From positions 5,319 to 69,318 of the forward strand of contig JAKUPT010000006.1 in assembly GCA_022450595.1 (NCBI GenBank): 64,000 nucleotides of DNA. The letters run 5' to 3'. The notes under the pieces were generated by a model, which made no database searches, had not been told where the DNA came from, and saw only the letters and a program-made list of their open reading frames with translations. A program made the translations under genes and the position numbers. This DNA comes from Bdellovibrionales bacterium. Lineage in GTDB: Bacteria > Bdellovibrionota > Bdellovibrionia > Bdellovibrionales > UBA1609. Position 1 is the first letter of the stretch. Each line of letters opens with the position of its first letter. This document shows positions 59,134 through 64,000 of the stretch, in pieces.

Positions 59134-61104
59134 TTAGTTTGAAGCTAATTTTACTTCGTTAGGAACAAACCTTATCACTAAGTCTGTCACATTCACCGGG
59201 CTATCAAAGCGGATCACATTGTCAGATCTGGTGTAGTTTGGAACAGGGTTTCCGTTTGTATCCATCACTAACCACTCTCCCTGATTAGGATCAAGAAATG
59301 GGTTGATTTGTAGAGTGAACTCTGTGACCGGCACTTCTGTTATGTAAGACACAGACACACTGATAGGTTGGTCGGTGTTGCAGTACAATCTCATTGGCTG
59401 ACTTAATAGTGAGCAAGATTGAGCATTGCCACTGAGTTGAATGGACTCAGGCACAGCATTAGGGTCCAATGAAATTTGAGCTGTTCTAAGATCATTGTTA
59501 GAATAAAGAACCTTAAGGGTTCGGTTGTACATATAGTCTTGGTTGGCAATATTAATCATACCATTTGAGTAAGTGTAATTTACAGGGTTACCGGTTTTAG
59601 CATCAACAACACTTAAAACACTCACGCCATCACCTGCAAGGCCCGGGTTGTAACTCAGTTTTGCACTCACAAACTCTTGATAGTTCACACTGAGGCTCAT
59701 TCCTTCTGGAATGGGCGTTTTAAAAGAAATAGAGCTGTCTTGGTTTTGATACATAACATCTGACAATGGAGTGTTCCCAATCCTTGCGTTTATGCTCTCA
59801 GGAATCACTTGAGCATTAGCTAATTTAAAAGACTCAATTAATGGAATATTTTCTTTATATTTAACAACGATGTCACTGTTCTCAGCAGGCATAGTGTTAA
59901 AAACTACCTGGTTACTGTTTTTATCAAAGCTTAATTGCTCCATGGGCATAGCTTGGCCATTGACAGTGACAGCCAGAGAAGTTTCAAGGGCCTGTTGACT
60001 TAAAGTAAAGGCATTAACAATCGGTGCACCGCCAGAGCTATAGCTTACGGCAATGGTGGAGCCCTCAGGTGGAAGAGTGTCAGTGAAAGTCAGAGTTCTT
60101 TCAGCCACTGTGTAGTTGCCCGTCCATGGAGTTCCATTGACCATAATACTTAGTGAGCCTTGGTTTGGTTGCACGGCTAACTCAAATTGGTTTTTTAAAA
60201 TCGTTGAAACATCTTGTGATATACGAGTCAGAATATCTGTATAGTCAGAGCTTGCAATGCTCCCGTAAATTCCGTTAGAAGCATTGATAATGTCATCATA
60301 GTGTCCAAGTTGACCAGAGTTAAGAATACCATAAACACGAGCGTCTTGGCCGACTGTACGGCCCATTGTTGTGAACTCATTAAATAGTGTGGCTTGGTTG
60401 GCAGAACTGTCATCATCTTCATCGGTAACAAACAGAATTGCTAGTGAAGAGTTGGCTCGCACCCAACTAGGAGTTGAACAACGAAGACAAAGCAGGGCAT
60501 TGTCTGTACCTAGCTCTGTACCCCCACTGGCACCAGCTTGAATGGCGTCTTTAAAATCATTAGCATAGTTGGCGTCATTTTTATTGATGACCGCTCTCAT
60601 ACACTGATGGTTAGGGCTTGTTGTGACAACACCAATGCGCCAGTCAGTGTCTTTAATAGCACTTAATAGTGGGTCCATTCTTTGAGCCAAATGATTTTGC
60701 TCGTCACTCATACTGCCTGAGTCATCAATAACAATTAAAATATCTAAAAGACCATTGTTTGATTTTTGTGTAAAAGTCTCGTTGTGCATAGAGGGCATAT
60801 GACCTTGTTTAAACAAGTCAGTGTAGCTGGGGCGATTGACTTGTTCAAAGGTCTCAGAGTGTGACCGGGTTACAGCATCTAAAGTCAGGGGAACTTCAAT
60901 GCCGTTAGATCCTACAACAACACTGGTTTGTTTTTCAGTGATATTGGAAGTTTTAAATACAGCTTCATAGTAGTCATTGTTGAATGTACTTGTGTTGTTG
61001 GCTGTTTTAAAATTGACATCTTGAGCACAGTTTTGAAAACCAATGACCACAACAAGCGCACTTGTTAGAAGCATTAACTTTCTTAAAATGATACGATTTT
61101 TCAT
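59134..61104 (-). CDS. VWA-domain lipoprotein with long Ig-like/beta-rich C-terminal region
   Basis: Signal ending GFQNC. MIDAS LDILIVIDDSGSMS, then RIGVVTT and AILFVTDEDD, all parallel to the 49540..50976 protein. Confidence 0.7.
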   Translation of the reverse strand: MKNRIILRKLMLLTSALVVVIGFQNCAQDVNFKTANNTSTFNNDYYEAVFKTSNITEKQTSVVVGSNGIEVPLTLDAVTRSHSETFEQVNRPSYTDLFKQGHMPSMHNETFTQKSNNGLLDILIVIDDSGSMSDEQNHLAQRMDPLLSAIKDTDWRIGVVTTSPNHQCMRAVINKNDANYANDFKDAIQAGASGGTELGTDNALLCLRCSTPSWVRANSSLAILFVTDEDDDSSANQATLFNEFTTMGRTVGQDARVYGILNSGQLGHYDDIINASNGIYGSIASSDYTDILTRISQDVSTILKNQFELAVQPNQGSLSIMVNGTPWTGNYTVAERTLTFTDTLPPEGSTIAVSYSSGGAPIVNAFTLSQQALETSLAVTVNGQAMPMEQLSFDKNSNQVVFNTMPAENSDIVVKYKENIPLIESFKLANAQVIPESINARIGNTPLSDVMYQNQDSSISFKTPIPEGMSLSVNYQEFVSAKLSYNPGLAGDGVSVLSVVDAKTGNPVNYTYSNGMINIANQDYMYNRTLKVLYSNNDLRTAQISLDPNAVPESIQLSGNAQSCSLLSQPMRLYCNTDQPISVSVSYITEVPVTEFTLQINPFLDPNQGEWLVMDTNGNPVPNYTRSDNVIRFDSPVNVTDLVIRFVPNEVKLASN

Positions 61105-61401
61105 TACGTCCCCCCTAATATTACAAACTTATAAATGCAATCGGCATACCTAAGGAGAGGGTTTAATTTTGAATTGAAGTTGAAGAATTGTTTAGCTATC
61201 AATCAATGCATATTCGTTAAACAATACTTCTCAAATTGAGTGTTTCTGCTTGAAACACTTCTGCTATTTTCAGCAAAAACTTTACCTTGAATCACAATGA
61301 GATTTCTATAATTAAAACTTACAGAAATTAAATTCTTATAATGGCACTTTATTGAATATTTAGTATTTGTGAAATAGATAGTTGAAGCTATTGATTTTAT
61401 A

Positions 61402-62448
61402 TTATCTCGTTAAAGCCATAAGATCTAAGTCCCATCGCTGATGGTTTTTTTCAATCGCTGATTTCAATGTGCCTTCGTACTTCATGCCCACTTTTTCCAT
61501 CACACGCCGGCTGGCCTTGTGATCACTGTGACATCGAGCTTGAATACGAGCAACATTGGTGTTGTGAAAGCAGTAATCAATGAGTCCTCTACAGGCTTCC
61601 GTTGTATAGCCCTGCCCCCAGTACTGCGAGTCTAGGGCGTAGGCAAGCTCCATGACTTTATTATGTTTACTCACCCAGCCACAGTCCACGGTGCCAATGA
61701 CGGTTTTGGGGTCTGTTTTAATGGTTACTCCTAGGGGAGCAATCTTTTGTTTTTGATAATTTGGAAAAACAAAATTTAAAATAAAGGCCTCTGTGTCTTT
61801 AATCGATTTGTGTGGCTGCCAAGTTGTGTATTTTGAAACCTCTGGTTTTTGAGTGTATTGATAAATAGCAAGGGCATCGCTGAGCTCTAAAGGGCGAAGT
61901 GTTAATCTTTTAGTTTCAATAACATCTGGCTTCCAAGTTTCTTGGTTTAAAACTTTTGCGATCATAATTTCATCTTGATAAGCATCATTGATAAAAGCAG
62001 CTGAAGCTTTAGTGCCTTCGATTTTGTAACCATGTTTTAAGTATAAATTTAAAGCTCTTTGGTTATCTTGCCTTACCGTAGCTTCAATACGGGTGATGTT
62101 TAATTCGTGAGCTCTTTTTTCCATAGCTTGTAAAAGCTGAGTACCAATGCCCTTCCGCCAATACTCTTTTAAGACCATCATGCCAAAGGTGCCTACATGC
62201 TTCACCCATGGGTGATTAGCTATTGGGATGCGAAAGTTTAAATAGCCAATGACTTTATTATCTTCAAAAGCACAAAGGTTATAAATGCTGTTATTGCTTT
62301 GCTGCTCATGAATTCGCTTGAGTTCGGCCTCTTCATTCAAAAAGGGGGCCTCAGGATAAATCAATGTATTTTGCGTTTCGAGAGCAATCTGCTTTTTAAA
62401 CTGTAAAAACTCTTTAGCATCCGACGGCTGCAGTTCTTTAAAGATCAT
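61402..62448 (-). CDS. Tandem GNAT-GNAT N-acetyltransferase fusion
   Basis: The first half has a GNAT core (MMVLKEYWRKGIGTQLL). The second half is RimJ/RimL-type (KRLTLRPLELSDA...YWGQGYTTEA). The ATG at 62448 lies 5 nt after AGGAG, and the track GTG at 62454 overlaps that SD. Confidence 0.75.
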   Translation of the reverse strand: MIFKELQPSDAKEFLQFKKQIALETQNTLIYPEAPFLNEEAELKRIHEQQSNNSIYNLCAFEDNKVIGYLNFRIPIANHPWVKHVGTFGMMVLKEYWRKGIGTQLLQAMEKRAHELNITRIEATVRQDNQRALNLYLKHGYKIEGTKASAAFINDAYQDEIMIAKVLNQETWKPDVIETKRLTLRPLELSDALAIYQYTQKPEVSKYTTWQPHKSIKDTEAFILNFVFPNYQKQKIAPLGVTIKTDPKTVIGTVDCGWVSKHNKVMELAYALDSQYWGQGYTTEACRGLIDYCFHNTNVARIQARCHSDHKASRRVMEKVGMKYEGTLKSAIEKNHQRWDLDLMALTR

Positions 62449-62628
62449 AAACACTCCTAGAGGAGTTAATGATATAATAAACAGAAAAAATTGTAAGCAG
62501 TAATTTAAGTAGAATAATGAATATAATTATTGTGTTTGATAGTTCAAATTCAAAGAATTGACAGAATAAATAATTTTTGAGAATATTGACACATCTATAA
62601 AAACTTCTCTCTTTGAAAGGAGGTCGCG

Positions 62629-62679
62629 ATGAAAATTAATCTAACTTTAAGCGGACCTGCTTTCATCAATATTCAATAG
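62629..62679 (+). CDS. Candidate 16-codon leader peptide (MKINLTLSGPAFINIQ)
   Basis: Near-consensus SD AAGGAGG (62617-62623) lies 5 nt before the ATG. It sits in the 5' region of the GNAT gene at 62759. A TTGACA-N17-GAATAT promoter-like element lies at 62558-62586. Confidence 0.35.
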   Translation: MKINLTLSGPAFINIQ

Positions 62680-62723
62680 CATTTATAAAAATTAATTATT
62701 AAGTTGCTTAGGATTTAGCGGGT

Positions 62724-62748
62724 CCATTGTTTAACAAAATAACAATGG
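62724..62748 (+). promoter_or_regulatory. Hairpin overlapping the SD of the GNAT gene
   Basis: ccattgtt (62724-62731) pairs perfectly with aacaatgg (62741-62748), 9-nt loop. The 3' arm includes the first two G of GGAG (62747-62750), the only SD for the TTG start at 62759. Confidence 0.4.
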
Positions 62749-62758
62749 AGTTTATACT

Positions 62759-63280
62759 TTGAATCAGTTTATCAAAACTAAGCGTTTATTGCTTGAACCC
62801 TTAACACCAGATCACGCGAAGCTTTTGTACAAACCTTTTTGTGACAATGAACTTTATGAGTACATATTTTGGGAGCCTCCAAGTTCAGAGGACTCTTTAC
62901 TGGAATTATTTAAAAAAATTTGTAAAGGAAAATCACCAAACGGCAAGCAGCTTTGGTTAAATTGGGCAGCTAGGCCTAAACACTCTAAGGATTATTCAGG
63001 TTTTTTTGAGGCGACCATAGAAGACGACAAGGCCATGTTGGCTTATTATACCTTTAAGCCTTTTAACAAAATGGGCTTTGCAAAAGAGGGCGCGACAGGA
63101 GTTATTGATTATCTTAAGCAAAACTATACTATTAAGCGTTTTATACTTGAGATTGATACAAGAAATCGTGCTTCTGTTCGGCTTGCAGAGTCACTGGGAT
63201 TTTGTTGGTTTAAAACCATTAATAATGCCTGTGAACTAAAGGGCTTTCAAAGCCATGAATTTGTGTACCACTTAGAATAA
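62759..63280 (+). CDS. GNAT (RimJ/RimL-type, Acetyltransf_3-like) N-acetyltransferase
   Basis: TKRLLLEPLTPDHA..LY N-terminal pattern and a GNAT core (FNKMGFAKEGATGVIDY). TTG start. Confidence 0.7.
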   Translation: MNQFIKTKRLLLEPLTPDHAKLLYKPFCDNELYEYIFWEPPSSEDSLLELFKKICKGKSPNGKQLWLNWAARPKHSKDYSGFFEATIEDDKAMLAYYTFKPFNKMGFAKEGATGVIDYLKQNYTIKRFILEIDTRNRASVRLAESLGFCWFKTINNACELKGFQSHEFVYHLE

Positions 63281-63327
63281 TTTTTAAAAACAAGTAAGTA
63301 GTATTAGTTCTCTTTATAGAATTAATA

Positions 63328-63588
63328 CTACTTTTTGACTAAACCAGCCTTCAAGCCTACAGGTGCAAAGACTTTATCAATGGTTTCAATTGTTGGATTG
63401 GCTCGCCCAAGCTCTATATCGCTGATTATTTTTTTACTCACACCTACCAGTTCTGCATACTCTTTTTGGTTTTTAGCGGTAATATAGCGGCACTTTATTA
63501 ATGCTTCAGCAAAACTTAATTTATTATCGGTTAAAGCTTCAAAGAGTTCTTGCCGCATCTGCTGTCTTTTTTGCATATCATGTTTCAT
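63328..63588 (-). CDS. XRE-family HTH protein, putative antitoxin partner of the upstream HipA-like kinase
   Basis: KNQKEYAELVGVSKKIISDIELGRANPTIETIDKV is a typical HTH_3 motif. Its start overlaps the kinase stop by 11 nt. Confidence 0.7.
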   Translation of the reverse strand: MKHDMQKRQQMRQELFEALTDNKLSFAEALIKCRYITAKNQKEYAELVGVSKKIISDIELGRANPTIETIDKVFAPVGLKAGLVKK

Positions 63589-64000
63589 TTTTTACCCAAT
63601 CATTAAGTGCCTGCATAAATAGATCATATTTCGCGGTTATACGATTTTGAATTCTTTGATCAATATTTTGTTGATTAATATAATTAGGGAGGTTTTGAAG
63701 CCTCAGTAAACAGTCTTTAAAAAACTCATGTATTTCTTTTTGGGTAAATTTCAAATTTTCTAACTGTTGGCACAAGGCTTTAAAGCTTGGTATGTGTCCA
63801 GATTCATGGGTCCACTTTGTGGCTCTAGGAATAATTTCAGGATCTAGTTTCATAGGAGCAAAATCGTAAAGGGGAGAAAGGGTTATAGCTTTGTCTGTTT
63901 TTAAAAAGGCAAAATTTCGCCCGTGATTATCTGTATTGCCTAGACAAATATTTGCAAAATCTCTTAATAAATACTCTTTAATGTCGTGTTTTGCCTGTGT
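63578..64000 (-). CDS. HipA-like Ser/Thr kinase toxin, C-terminal part (gene continues beyond window end)
   Basis: The reading frame stays open to the window edge. The part upstream of the track ORF reads TQAKHDIKEYLLRDFANICLGNTDNHGRNFAFLKTDKAITLSPLYDFAP, the HipA catalytic loop (GNxDxHxxN) and activation (xPxYD) signature. Confidence 0.8.
   Translation of the reverse strand, partial: TQAKHDIKEYLLRDFANICLGNTDNHGRNFAFLKTDKAITLSPLYDFAPMKLDPEIIPRATKWTHESGHIPSFKALCQQLENLKFTQKEIHEFFKDCLLRLQNLPNYINQQNIDQRIQNRITAKYDLFMQALNDWVKNET

Overview
Visibly AT-rich bacterial chromosomal window. It is most consistent with a predatory Bdellovibrio-and-like organism (Bdellovibrionota/Bacteriovoracia-like). That placement is an inference from a Bd0055-type bacterial histone gene, an FQNC-type lipoprotein signal and a very high density of signal-peptide proteins. 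Positions 1-34 kb are mainly housekeeping. They hold a truncated IS481-family element at the left edge, then lptM-like/dapA/dapB/degenerate folK-like/tal, an MltD-like lytic transglycosylase and a histone-fold gene convergent with ligA. They also hold gatCAB, ppx/gppA, DUF192, an acidic DPFA-repeat LysM protein, a PilZ gene, rho (about 140-aa N-terminal low-complexity extension), prfA-prmC-murA, a GYF/TPR protein and serS plus tRNA-Ser(UGA). From the tRNA onward (34-64 kb) the window is accessory-like. It carries higBA, many orphan secreted and outer-membrane proteins and hydrolases (NodB deacetylase, secreted C1B peptidase, alpha/beta hydrolase, S9A peptidase). It also carries two paralogous VWA lipoproteins, a di-heme cytochrome c fused to a beta-barrel, transporters, three GNAT domains, and a HipA-like kinase followed by an XRE gene at the right edge. 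No CRISPR array, rRNA, integrase or recognisable phage module was seen. The best leads are: (1) a recurring Cys-x3-Phe motif just after the signal peptide of five unrelated secreted proteins; (2) the fused di-heme cytochrome/porin-like operon; (3) an A9 tract at the stop codon of a PEGA lipoprotein gene that opens a 74-codon start-less -1 frame; (4) a strong-SD 16-codon leader plus an SD-masking hairpin upstream of a GNAT gene; (5) the reversed hipA-HTH order. All functional calls come from motif recognition by eye. No database searches were run.
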